A stretch of 64,000 bases of DNA, from assembly GCA_046291555.1 (NCBI GenBank), contig JBKBRW010000011.1, positions 575 to 64,574 of the forward strand. The letters are read 5' to 3'. The translations under genes and the position numbers were made by a program. The notes beneath the pieces are model-generated. The model searched no databases. It saw only the letters and a list, made by a program, of their open reading frames with translations, and was not told the origin of the DNA. The stretch is from Thiobacillus sp. (GTDB lineage: Bacteria > Pseudomonadota > Gammaproteobacteria > Burkholderiales > Thiobacillaceae). Below are positions 1 through 8,532 of this stretch, one piece after another; position 1 is the first letter of the stretch; every line of letters begins with the position of its first letter.

Positions 1-2289
1 ACAGGTGATCGGTGAAGCCGGCCGTGTCGGTGTAGTGCTCCTCGATGCGCAGGTCGGATTCGTGATACAGCAGCCCATCCAGGACGTGGGTGGCGTCGCG
101 CACCGTGGCGTTGATGACCTTGGTGTGAAATGGCGCGTACTGGTCGGAGATGTGGGTGTAGAACTGCACGCCCGGCTCCTGACCGTACTTCAGGTTCACC
201 TGGCCGGCAGCTTGGCCACGACCGCCGGCCTTGAAGTTCTGGCCGTCCGATGACGACGTGGTGCCGTCGCCCCAGTAGGCGGCGAAGGGTTGGCGGAACT
301 GAGCATTGACCAGCTCGGCCAGACTCGCCGAATAGGTTTCGTCACGGATGTGCCACGCCTGCAACCAAGTCAGCTTGGCGTAGGTCACACCGGGGCAGGA
401 CTCGGCCATCTTGGAGAGGCCCAGGTTGATGGCGTCGGCCAGGATGGTCGTCAGCAGCAGATGCTGGTCTTCGGCTGCCGCGCCACTCTTGAGGTGCTTG
501 AAGTGGCGGCTGAAGCCGGTCCAGCCATCGACTTCCAAAAGCAGTTCGGTGATCTTCAGATGCGGAAGCAGGCTGTACGCCTGCTGCATCAGCGCCTCGG
601 CCTCGTCGGGCACGGCGTTGTCCAGCGGAGAAATCTTGATTCGCCCGGTGCTGGTGATGGCCGCATCGGGCAGTTCGTTGGCGGCGGCCAGTCGCTCGAC
701 TGTCGCCAGTTGCTCTTGCAGCACCGCAAGCCTGGCTTCCAGAAAGCGGTCACAGTCGGTATCGACAGCTAAGCCCAATTCACGCTGATCACGCTGCGCC
801 GCGAATCGCGGCGGCGGCAACAGGTAGTCCTCGAAGTCCTTGAACTGGCGCGATCCCTGTACCCAGATGTCGCCGGAGCGCAGTGAGTTCTTCAGTTCCG
901 ACAAAACGCACAGCTCATAGAAGCGCCGATCCAGCCCATCCTCCGTGCGAACCAGGTTTTCCCAGCGCTTGCGCACAAACGACGTGGGCGCGTCGTCCGG
1001 CACCTTGCGCGCCTGACGGTCGTTCATCCTTTTGAGCACTTCGACGCCGGCCAGCAGTTCGCGCGCTGCCGGCGCGGCCTTCATGGTCAGCGCTTCCAGC
1101 AGGGTCGGCGTGTATCGCCGGAGCTGGGTGAAGCCGTCGCCGACCAGGGACAGAAAATCGAAGTCTTCCGGCCGGGCCAGCGTCTCCGCTTCAGTGATAC
1201 TTTCGCTGAATACATCCCAGGGTATGATCGCCTCGATGGCGGCGAACGGATCGCCACCCAACTGCTTGGCTTCCAACAAGGCGCGGCCGATGCGCGAGTA
1301 CAGCCGCACCTTGTCGTTGATCGCCTTGCCGGACTGCTGGAAGCGGTCGGCATGGTTGCGCTTGGCCTTACTGAACAGCGAACCCATGAAACGGTCGTGC
1401 AAGTCGATGATTTCGTCGATCAGCGTGGCGCTGGTGTCGAGGATCACCGCGACCAAAGTTGCATAGCGACGGTTTGGCTCCAGGTCGCGCAGATGCTGGG
1501 CTGTCATCTGTCCGCCTTCGCGGGCGAGCTTCAGCAGACGGTTCTGGTGAATGGCGTGTTCCAGGCTGCCCGGCAGCGCTAGGTGTCGCGAACGGTTTTC
1601 AGGCGTTCCAGGTGGGCCAGCACATGCTTGGGCTTCGGCGGGCCGGGCGGCTGGCGTAGCCAGATCAGCCCGCTGCTCTTGATGCCCTCGCGGATCGCCA
1701 GCAGGCCGTCAAGCGCGCGGCGGTGGAAATCACCGAGCGGCGCGGTGAGCACCTCGTAGACCTGGCGCGTGCCGCGTGTCAGCGCCTCGCTGCACACGCG
1801 CTCGATGACATCGACGGTCGGAAGAATGATGCGTTGCTGCCGCAGCAACTCGACCAGCGCTTCGGCCAGCACGATACCCCGGTCGGTCTGCTGGGCCAGA
1901 TCAGCGAGCTGGTGGACGAAGTGCCGATAGTCCGCGACAGCGAACGGCGTCAGCTTCAGCCACGCCTGCAACTCCAACAGGTGCTCGCGCCTCGTTTCCG
2001 GCCGCTGCGCGTACTGCGGCCAGATGTCCGGCTCGATGCGCAACTGGCGACCGACGATGTTCAGCAGGGAGGCGGGAGGCTCCGCGTCAGTCGGCAGGGC
2101 AAAGCCTGGATAGCGCAGGTAGCACAACTGCACCGCGAAGCCGAGCCGGTTGTGGCTGCCGCGCCGCTGACGGATCACCGACAGGTCGGGTTCGGCGAAG
2201 GTGTAATGCTGGATGAGTTCGTCGTCGGTGGCCGGGAAGGCGAGCAGGCCGGTACGCTCGGCGGGCGTCAGCAGATTGCGGCGCGGCAT
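1..2289 (-). pseudogene. tnpA: Tn3-family transposase, frameshifted, 3' end outside window
   Basis: Starts MPRRNLLTPAER at 2289. Frame 1 stops at 1579-1581; translation resumes in another frame ([26 protein letters not shown]...[10 protein letters not shown]...[13 protein letters not shown]) and is open to base 1. Removing 2 nt at 1583-1584 restores the frame. Confidence 0.93.
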
Positions 2290-2291
2290 GG

Positions 2292-2852
2292 TTAGTCTTC
2301 CGCTTTCAGGTACTGGTAGAGGGTTTCGCGGCTGATGCCAAACTCGCGAGCGAGCTGCGCCTTCTTCTCGCCGGCAGCAGCACGACGGCGCAGCTCGGCC
2401 ACCCGCTCCGGCGCGAGCGCCTTCTTGCGGCCCCGGTAGGCTCCACGCTGCTTGGCGAGCGCGATACCCTCGCGTTGCCGCTCGCGGATCAAGGCACGCT
2501 CGAACTCGGCGAACGCACCCATCACCGAGAGCATCAGGTTCGCCATCGGCGAGTCCTCGCCGGTGAAGGTCAGGTGCTCCTTGACGAACTCGATGCGCAC
2601 GCCGCACTGGGTGAGGCCCTGCACCAGGCGGCGCAGATCGTCCAGGTTGCGCGCCAGGCGGTCCATGCTGTGTACCACCACCGTGTCGCCTTCCCGCACG
2701 AACCCGAGCAGCGCGTCGAGCTGCGGGCGCTGCGTGTCTTTGCCCGACGCCTTGTCGGTGAACACCTTGTCCACCTGGACGAGTTCCAATTGCCGCTCCG
2801 GGTTCTGGTCGAAGCTGCTGACGCGGACGTAACCGATGCGATGCCCTTGCAA
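2292..2852 (-). CDS. tnpR: Tn21/Tn501-type resolvase (serine recombinase), 186 aa, TTG start
   Basis: QGHRIGYVRVSSFDQNPERQL...HSMDRLARN...C-terminal HTH GISRETLYQYL. Confidence 0.96.
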   Translation of the reverse strand: MQGHRIGYVRVSSFDQNPERQLELVQVDKVFTDKASGKDTQRPQLDALLGFVREGDTVVVHSMDRLARNLDDLRRLVQGLTQCGVRIEFVKEHLTFTGEDSPMANLMLSVMGAFAEFERALIRERQREGIALAKQRGAYRGRKKALAPERVAELRRRAAAGEKKAQLAREFGISRETLYQYLKAED

Positions 2853-2872
2853 AATGGCTCCCGAACTGAAAG

Positions 2873-2973
2873 TGTCAGGCAGAAATCTATGGCCCTTGGC
2901 GGCATCCGTCAAGAAATAGGGAATGCGGCTCTATTCTGACGCTCCCAAGTGGCTTACCCTGACACCCGGTTAG
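2873..2973 (-). promoter_or_regulatory. res site of the Tn21-like element, truncated within subsite I
   Basis: Directly upstream of tnpR; CGTCA(2907)...TGACG(2941) inverted subsite and further TGTCA/TGACA half-sites; cut off at 2974 by a Tn402-type IR. Confidence 0.75.
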
Positions 2974-3021
2974 TGTCATTTCCAGAAGGCGACTGCACAC
3001 TTTTTCAGCAGTGCTCTGCAC
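2974..3021 (+). repeat. Tn5053/Tn402-family 25-bp terminal IR plus second TniA-binding repeat
   Basis: TGTCATTTCCAGAAGGCGACTGCAC (2974-2998) differs at 2 positions from the Tn402-type IR as recalled (TGTCATTTTCAGAAGACGACTGCAC); a second ...CTGCAC repeat ends 23 bp further in (3021). Confidence 0.85.
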
Positions 3022-3473
3022 TACAAAAACAGTCGGCCCTATCTCGGCATGATTGATCAGTCGATGCCGAAGGGTTACAATGTCGAACTTCATTAACTGC
3101 GGAGTTCCCAAGTGGGCACTTGTTCGAGTGACAGTAGTCAGCCGGTTCCAATGACCGGCACCCCCTCGGCAAGATAACGCGCAGGCTCCCCTGCCGCTAT
3201 CTCGCCGAAGGCGAGAGGCGGCAATCGCGTCGCGGCATCCGCTGCACGCAATTACTTCCTCCAGACAACTGAGTGGCCGATCGTCTTGTGGCGTTCGGCA
3301 GCGAACCGGGCGCATTGCTGACATCGGGCAGTGCGCTGCCCTCCTTGTGACCTTCGACGTCCGCCAGGTTGGCACACGTGTGTGCCCGCCTTGGCGGCGG
3401 ATGAATAGGTAGCCGATGCGGCAACATGGGGCCTGATTCGATCAGGCGTGTCATCAACCAACCGGAGCCCGTC

Positions 3474-3569
3474 ATGGACCCAGACCTGAGTCGATCTTGC
3501 TTTAAACCGTTTTTGAATTCTTCCACTGCATTACCGGCTACCCGTAGCCGGGGGACGCCACCGGCTTAA
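3474..3569 (+). CDS. Candidate Pro-containing leader peptide, 31 aa (MDPDLSRSCFKPFLNSSTALPATRSRGTPPA)
   Basis: GGAG 6 nt before ATG; ends in a Pro-Pro motif just before an SD-sequestering hairpin; speculative. Confidence 0.3.
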   Translation: MDPDLSRSCFKPFLNSSTALPATRSRGTPPA

Positions 3570-3615
3570 TCGGCCCGGCATGCCCTCGGCTGCGCCAAGC
3601 CGAAAGGAGCATGCC
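3534..3615 (+). promoter_or_regulatory. Structured 5' leader of the barrel-mgtE-mgtC operon
   Basis: Hairpin CCGGCTA-CCCG-TAGCCGG (3534-3551); long stem GGCATGC-CCT-CGGCT / AGCCG-AA-AGG-A-GCATGCC (3577-3615) pairs over the AAGGAG SD. Confidence 0.5.
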
Positions 3616-4392
3616 ATGTCGCACTTCGTTGTTCTCGCTTTTCGTCGTGACGCGACGTCACGGCGCCTCTCTTCGTTCTCGCGCGCTTCAGGTTGGCAGC
3701 AATGTGTGCGCCTGCTCACGGCGCTTGCCTTGTCCGCAACCATGGTCCCGGCCCATGCCGGCAGGCCGCTGGCGACCGATGATGCCGCTATCGTCGATGC
3801 CGGTGCCTGCCAGCTCGAAACCTGGAACGAACGCACCCGTGACGCCCGTAGCCTCTGGCTGAACCTCGGCTGCAATCCGTTCGGGAAGACCGAGTTTTCC
3901 CTCGGCGGTGCTCAAGTGCGTCCCAGCGGCGAATCGTCATTCACGGCGCGGCAATGGCAGGTCAAGCAGATGCTGCGCGCCCATGACGACGAGCAGACCG
4001 GCTTTGCGCTGGCAGTGGGCGGTCAGCGCACGCGCCACACGGACGCACGCGACGTCTTCGTTCACGGCATCGCCACCCTGCCGCTGGCGGGGAAGGCGCG
4101 TGTGCTGCATGTGAACCTGGGCGCGCTGCGCGCGCACGAGGACGGCCGTCACCGCGACCGCGCCACCTGGGGCCTGGCGTATGACGCCGAGGTGGCCGCG
4201 GCGACGCGTGCCTCGCTGGAGACTTATGGCGTCTCGGGCGAGCGCGCCCGCTGGCAGTTCGGCCTGCGTCACGAGTGGCTGCCCGGCCACGTGCAGATCG
4301 ACGCCAGCATCGGCAGCCGCTTGGGCCGCTGGAACGACGACCGCCTGCTGACCGTGGGTCTGGTGTTCGTCAGCCCGCCGTTCCTGCGCTGA
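3616..4392 (+). CDS. Exported putative outer-membrane beta-barrel transporter
   Basis: AAGGAG SD then ATG 3616; signal peptide ending AHA; GRPLATDDA..CQLETW start; alternating aromatic/hydrophobic strands. Confidence 0.7.
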   Translation: MSHFVVLAFRRDATSRRLSSFSRASGWQQCVRLLTALALSATMVPAHAGRPLATDDAAIVDAGACQLETWNERTRDARSLWLNLGCNPFGKTEFSLGGAQVRPSGESSFTARQWQVKQMLRAHDDEQTGFALAVGGQRTRHTDARDVFVHGIATLPLAGKARVLHVNLGALRAHEDGRHRDRATWGLAYDAEVAAATRASLETYGVSGERARWQFGLRHEWLPGHVQIDASIGSRLGRWNDDRLLTVGLVFVSPPFLR

Positions 4393-4428
4393 GCGCAGCC
4401 AACCCGTTGACACGAAAGGAGAACGATC

Positions 4429-5814
4429 ATGAACCGCGAAGAACTGCTGTTCAGCGTGCGCACCCTGGCCCTGTCGCTCGACGGCAAGGCGTTCGCCCAA
4501 CTGGTGCGCCACACCCCTGCAACCGATCTGGTAGAAGCGCTCGACGTGCTCGACACCCGGCAGACCGTGGCCCTGCTGATGACGCTGCCACCGCAAGAGC
4601 GGGCCGAACTGTTCGCGCACTTTCCCGAGTCGCGCCAGGACATCCTGCTGCGCGCACTGCCGCGCGAGGCGGTGGCGGGTTTGTTCGAACGGATGCCCGC
4701 GGACGACCGTGCCGACCTGTTCAACCGCCTGAGCGAGGAGGCCAAGGCCCGCCTGCTGCCGGCGCTGGCGCAGGTCGAGCGCGACGACATCCTCAAGCTC
4801 GCCGCCTATGCGGAGGGCTCGGTCGGCTCGGTGACGACCTCGGACTATGCGCACGTCACGGCCGACATGACGGTGGCCCAGGCGCTGGCGCACATCCGCG
4901 CCACGGCGCCGGACAAGGAGACCATCTACGCCATCTATGTGCTGGATGAGCAGCATCGCCTGCGCGGCACGGTGTCGCTGCGTGAACTGGTGCTGGCCGA
5001 CGAGCAGGCGCGCATCGGCGACATCATGCGACCGGAGCCCGTGTTCGCGCGCGCGCAGTGGCCGCGGGCGCAGGCGGCGGAGATCATCCGCCGCTATGAC
5101 CTGCTGGCGCTGCCGGTGGTCAACGGCGGCGACAGGATGATCGGCATCGTCACCGTCGATGACGCCATGGACATCGAGAAGGAACAGGACGCGGCACAAC
5201 TGGCGCGCTTCGGCGGCACGGCCATGATGGGGGGACCGGATCTGGACGTGCTCGCCTCGCCGTTTGCGCGCATGTACCGCGTGCGCGTGTTCTGGCTGGC
5301 CGTGCTCACCTTCTTCGGCATCCTCACCAGCACCTTCGTCGCGGCGCAGGAGGAAATCCTGTCGCAGGTCATCGTGCTGGCAGCCTTCATCGCGCCCATC
5401 ATCGACATGGGCGGCAACACCGGCAGCCAGTCGGCGACCCTGGTCATCCGTGCCATGGCGCTGGGCGAATTGAAGCTGCGCTGGCGTGACGTGTGGCTCA
5501 TCGTCCAGCGCGAGCTGCCGGTGGCGGCGGCCTTGGGCCTGACCATCGCCGTGCTGGAAACCGTACTCGCCTACTTCGCCAAGGGCGTGGGCTGGGACGT
5601 GCTGATGGTGGTGGGGCTGTCCATGCTGGCCTGCACCGCGTTGGGCGGCATCATTGGTGCGCTGCTGCCGTTCGCGGCGCGGCGCATCGGCACCGACCCG
5701 GCCACGCTGTCCGCACCGATGATCACCTCCATCATGGACCTGTTGGGAGTGTTCATCTACTTCGGCATCGCCTATGCGTTCCTGGGCGATCTGCTGACCC
5801 AGGCGTCGGGTTGA
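4429..5814 (+). CDS. mgtE: Magnesium transporter MgtE
   Basis: MgtE_N, tandem CBS domains (IGIVTVDD), TM domain DMGGNTGSQSATL and APMITSIMDLLG. Confidence 0.96.
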   Translation: MNREELLFSVRTLALSLDGKAFAQLVRHTPATDLVEALDVLDTRQTVALLMTLPPQERAELFAHFPESRQDILLRALPREAVAGLFERMPADDRADLFNRLSEEAKARLLPALAQVERDDILKLAAYAEGSVGSVTTSDYAHVTADMTVAQALAHIRATAPDKETIYAIYVLDEQHRLRGTVSLRELVLADEQARIGDIMRPEPVFARAQWPRAQAAEIIRRYDLLALPVVNGGDRMIGIVTVDDAMDIEKEQDAAQLARFGGTAMMGGPDLDVLASPFARMYRVRVFWLAVLTFFGILTSTFVAAQEEILSQVIVLAAFIAPIIDMGGNTGSQSATLVIRAMALGELKLRWRDVWLIVQRELPVAAALGLTIAVLETVLAYFAKGVGWDVLMVVGLSMLACTALGGIIGALLPFAARRIGTDPATLSAPMITSIMDLLGVFIYFGIAYAFLGDLLTQASG

Positions 5815-5904
5815 AGCCCAACCCACGACCTGTCCGGGCCTGAGCGGATCCGGGCAGGTCATTTCGACGTCACGGGGTTCGGCTAAGCTGAGCCCCATCT
5901 TTTT
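5811..5904 (+). promoter_or_regulatory. Candidate attenuator upstream of mgtC: 10-codon Pro-rich mini-ORF plus alternative hairpins and terminator
   Basis: TTG ORF 5811-5843 (MKPNPRPVRA) overlaps the mgtE stop; stem 5827-5837/5850-5860; terminator-like stem 5874-5883/5887-5896 followed by ATCTTTTT. Confidence 0.5.
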
Positions 5905-5917
5905 GGGATCACCGTCC

Positions 5918-6646
5918 ATGTATATCGCACAGCATCTGGATTTCGCCGCCTCGCTCAATACGCTGGGCAGTTTGCTGCTCGCCTTCGTGCTCGGCGCGGT
6001 CATTGGCCTGGAGCGGCAATACCGCCAACGCACGGCGGGCTTGCGCACCAACGTACTGGTGGCCGTTGGCGCGGCCTTGTTCGTCGACATCGCCATGCGC
6101 TTTCATGCCCTCTACGGCGGCACGCCCAGCCCGCTGCATGTGGTGGCCTACGTGGTCTCCGGCGTGGGTTTTCTAGGCGCGGGCGTCATCATGCGCGAAG
6201 AGGGCAACATCCGCGGCATCAACACGGCGGCCACCTTGTGGGGTTCGGCTGCGGTCGGCGTGGCGGCAGGCACGGGAATGCTGGTGGAAGCGATCCTCGG
6301 CACGCTGTTCGTGCTCTCGGCCAATACCTTGCTGCGCCCCGTGGTCAATGCGATCAACCGCCAGCCGATCGATGTGGAATCGGTCGAGGTCACCAACATC
6401 GTCTATGTCATTGCCAGCCGTGAGCGGCAGAAGGAAGTGATGGCTACTGTCGAAGCCGAACTGGAGCGCAATCGCTACCCGGTGCGAGACTTGGAGGTGC
6501 ATGCCTTTGGCGATGAGGATGTCGAGATCGAGGCCACGCTGACCGTGACCTCGGTGGACGGCGACGAGCTGGATGCGCTGGTGGCGAGAATCGCCAAGCA
6601 ACCCGGCGTGCGTCAGGCATTCTGGAGTCCGAGCACCTCGGAATAA
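5918..6646 (+). CDS. mgtC: MgtC/SapB family membrane protein with C-terminal ACT-like domain
   Basis: IGLERQYRQRTAGLRTNVLVAVG; VVSGVGFLGAGVI; RGINTAATLW. Confidence 0.93.
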   Translation: MYIAQHLDFAASLNTLGSLLLAFVLGAVIGLERQYRQRTAGLRTNVLVAVGAALFVDIAMRFHALYGGTPSPLHVVAYVVSGVGFLGAGVIMREEGNIRGINTAATLWGSAAVGVAAGTGMLVEAILGTLFVLSANTLLRPVVNAINRQPIDVESVEVTNIVYVIASRERQKEVMATVEAELERNRYPVRDLEVHAFGDEDVEIEATLTVTSVDGDELDALVARIAKQPGVRQAFWSPSTSE

Positions 6647-6660
6647 CGAATGACTTGGCT

Positions 6661-7278
6661 CTATCCAGAACGACCAAGCAGTCTTTCGCCATCAGGTCTC
6701 AATTTACCTTTTGGAGAGAGATGTCGGTACAGCGTCTGCCTGGTGATGCCAAGTTCCTGGCATAGATCACCGACCTTGGTTTCCGGCTGCCCCATGGCGG
6801 CCATCGCCAGCCGCAGCTTGGCCGCCGTCATCTTGAAGGGTCGTCCGCCTTTGCGGCCCCGTGCCCGCGCCGAGGCCAGCCCTGCCACAGTGCGCTCGGC
6901 GATCAGCTCGCGCTCGAACTCGGCTAGTGCGGCGAAGATGCCAAAAACCAGTTTGCCGGCGGCGGTCGTGGTGTCGATGGCCGCGCCGTGACCGGTCAGC
7001 ACCTTCAGGCCAACGCCGCGCCCAGTCAGGTCGTGCACGGTGTTGATGAGATGCCGCAGGTCGCGCCCAAGCCGGTCGAGCTTCCACACGACCAGCGTAT
7101 CTCCCGGCCGCAGCGCCTTCAGAGAGCTCGCCAGGCCGGGGCGATCCTCGCGCTTGCCCGATGCCTGATCCTCGTACAGATGCGCCGGATCGACGCCGGC
7201 AGCGATCAGCGCGTCACGCTGTAAATCCGTAGCCTGGGAGCCATCCGCCTTCGACACCCGCATGTAGCCAATCAGCAT
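6661..7278 (-). CDS. tniR: Tn5053/Tn402-type resolvase TniR
   Basis: MLIGYMRVSKADGSQ...WKLDRLGRDLRHLINTVHDL...GGRPFKMTAAKLRLAM...GITRQTLYRH. Confidence 0.9.
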   Translation of the reverse strand: MLIGYMRVSKADGSQATDLQRDALIAAGVDPAHLYEDQASGKREDRPGLASSLKALRPGDTLVVWKLDRLGRDLRHLINTVHDLTGRGVGLKVLTGHGAAIDTTTAAGKLVFGIFAALAEFERELIAERTVAGLASARARGRKGGRPFKMTAAKLRLAMAAMGQPETKVGDLCQELGITRQTLYRHLSPKGKLRPDGERLLGRSG

Positions 7279-7287
7279 GCCTCACCC

Positions 7288-7420
7288 GTCACATATACGT
7301 TCGATTATGTGACAGTGTGCACCAGAACATGCTGGCCGTCAAAATTTGTCACTTAACCCGTTATTCTGTCTAAGACCTACAAAGGGTGTTTATGGTTATT
7401 AAAGTGACTTAACAAGACAG
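7288..7420 (-). promoter_or_regulatory. res region upstream of tniR
   Basis: AT-rich; palindrome GTCACATA(7288-7295)...TATGTGAC(7306-7313) and further GTCAC/GTGAC half-sites. Confidence 0.65.
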
Positions 7421-7467
7421 CATCGTGCGAGGGACTCTGAAGCAATCCCATTCCCTCGCGGCGACTC

Positions 7468-7511
7468 GTGCATAGGACTACTGAACAAGTCGTGTCAGCA
7501 GTCCTATGCAC
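7468..7511. repeat. 17-bp inverted repeat (1 mismatch) with 10-bp spacer
   Basis: GTGCATAGGACTACTGA (7468-7484) / TCAGCAGTCCTATGCAC (7495-7511). Confidence 0.85.
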
Positions 7512-7544
7512 TCGGTACCTGGTGAAGTGAAGACAGATGAGCGG

Positions 7545-7582
7545 CTTAACGTACGATTTTTTCCGTTTCGTGAGCTGACCCC
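7545..7582 (-). repeat. 38-bp Tn3-family terminal inverted repeat
   Basis: Minus strand GGGGTCAGCTCACGAAACGGAAAAAATCGTACGTTAAG; GGGG...TAAG architecture of Tn21/Tn501 IRs. Confidence 0.93.
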
Positions 7583-8319
7583 GGGTACGCCGCGTTCCTC
7601 GCCGATGCCGTTGGGCACCGCACCGTCCTCCTTCAGGCGAAAGCGCGTCGTGCGCCACGCTGCGCCGAGCCCGACGTTCCAGCCGCCGTCGAGCCGGTAC
7701 TCGAGTTCGAGGCCGGCCGGCCCCGTCGGTCCAGCGGGTAGCGGGTTCATGAGACGCCAGCGATCGCCCAGCCGCCAGTCGACGAGCAGAAACGGGAACA
7801 CACTCGTCTCCTCGATGCGGTCGAACACACCCATGCCAAAGCCGAGCCGGTTGCCTTGTTCGAAGCGCTTGGTCGACGATACGATGCCGCCCCAGCTAAA
7901 GGCGTCACCCGCGTCGGCGCCATTCTCGCGGAACCAGTCCAGCGAGGGCGTGACGCCGACGCTCCAGCCGTCGTTCAGCGCAAACGAAAGGGGAACCGCC
8001 ACGCCGTAGCGCTGCACAACGTTCCAGGGCGCAACGTTGCCGAAACGGGCCGGATTCGAGAACGAATAGTCCGTGTAATCATGGCTGAGGGTCACGCCGG
8101 CCCGGTTGCCGCGGCCGAGGTCGCGCGAAACGCCGGCGCGCGTCATGACGCCCTGCGCGCTGTAGTCGCCGCCGCCGTCGAGATCGCCCTGCCCCTGATA
8201 GACCGGCGTGACCGAGAGGAATGGGCGCCAATCCGTCTCCTGCGCGTGCGCCGCGCCAGCTGTGCGAGTGCGAGGAGAAGCCCCGTCGAACGCGTGCGTG
8301 GCGATAGTTTGATGTTCAT
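7583..8319 (-). pseudogene. Outer-membrane beta-barrel gene truncated by the transposon and frameshifted in its signal peptide
   Basis: GGAG+ATG at 8319 gives MNIKLSPRTRSTGLLLALA; a 1-nt shift near 8265 gives TAGAAHA/QETDW; barrel-like strands follow; frame runs into the IR at 7582. Confidence 0.75.
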
Positions 8320-8532
8320 TGAATCTCCAAGGAAGGACCCGAAACGCTACCGGCAATCACGACGGCAGCACGAAAGAACCCGCAAGAAACCCGGCAACAC
8401 CGGCTCAGAAGCCTCGGTCGGGGAGGAAGTTCCAGCGCCCGGCATCCGCCCCGGTGCAATCATGGCACCAAAGACGGAAAGCGGGGCCACTCACACCGTC
8501 TCGATGGCGCGCAGTCACGCCGGGCAGCGGTT

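Larger units (their letters stand above)
2974..7420. mobile_element. Tn5053/Tn402-family transposon remnant (IR-cargo-tniR-res; tniABQ and second IR absent)
   Basis: IR at 2974 inside a Tn3 res site, TniR-type resolvase at 6661-7278, res-like palindromes upstream of it. Confidence 0.8.
1..7582. mobile_element. Tn3-family (Tn21/Tn501 subgroup) transposon with nested Tn5053-type remnant; left end outside window
   Basis: tnpA and tnpR co-oriented 2 bp apart, res site, 38-bp terminal IR at 7545-7582. Confidence 0.88.

Noticed and set aside
3498-3516. PhoP box upstream of the Mg2+ operon
   Set aside because: GCTTTA-N5-TTTTTG is too weak a match to (T/G)GTTTA-N5-(T/G)GTTTA
2974-3530. Class 1 integron behind the Tn402-type IR
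   Set aside because: No intI, attI or attC-like GTTRRRY/RYYYAAC structure found; only short hairpins (e.g. about 3194-3222) and motif-less ORFs
3937-6096. 719-aa minus-strand ORF, and similar long antisense ORFs (9439-11985, 11750-14086, 16441-18984, 38029-41655)
   Set aside because: Shadow ORFs opposite well-supported genes in high-GC DNA; Arg/Ala/Gly-rich, no family motifs
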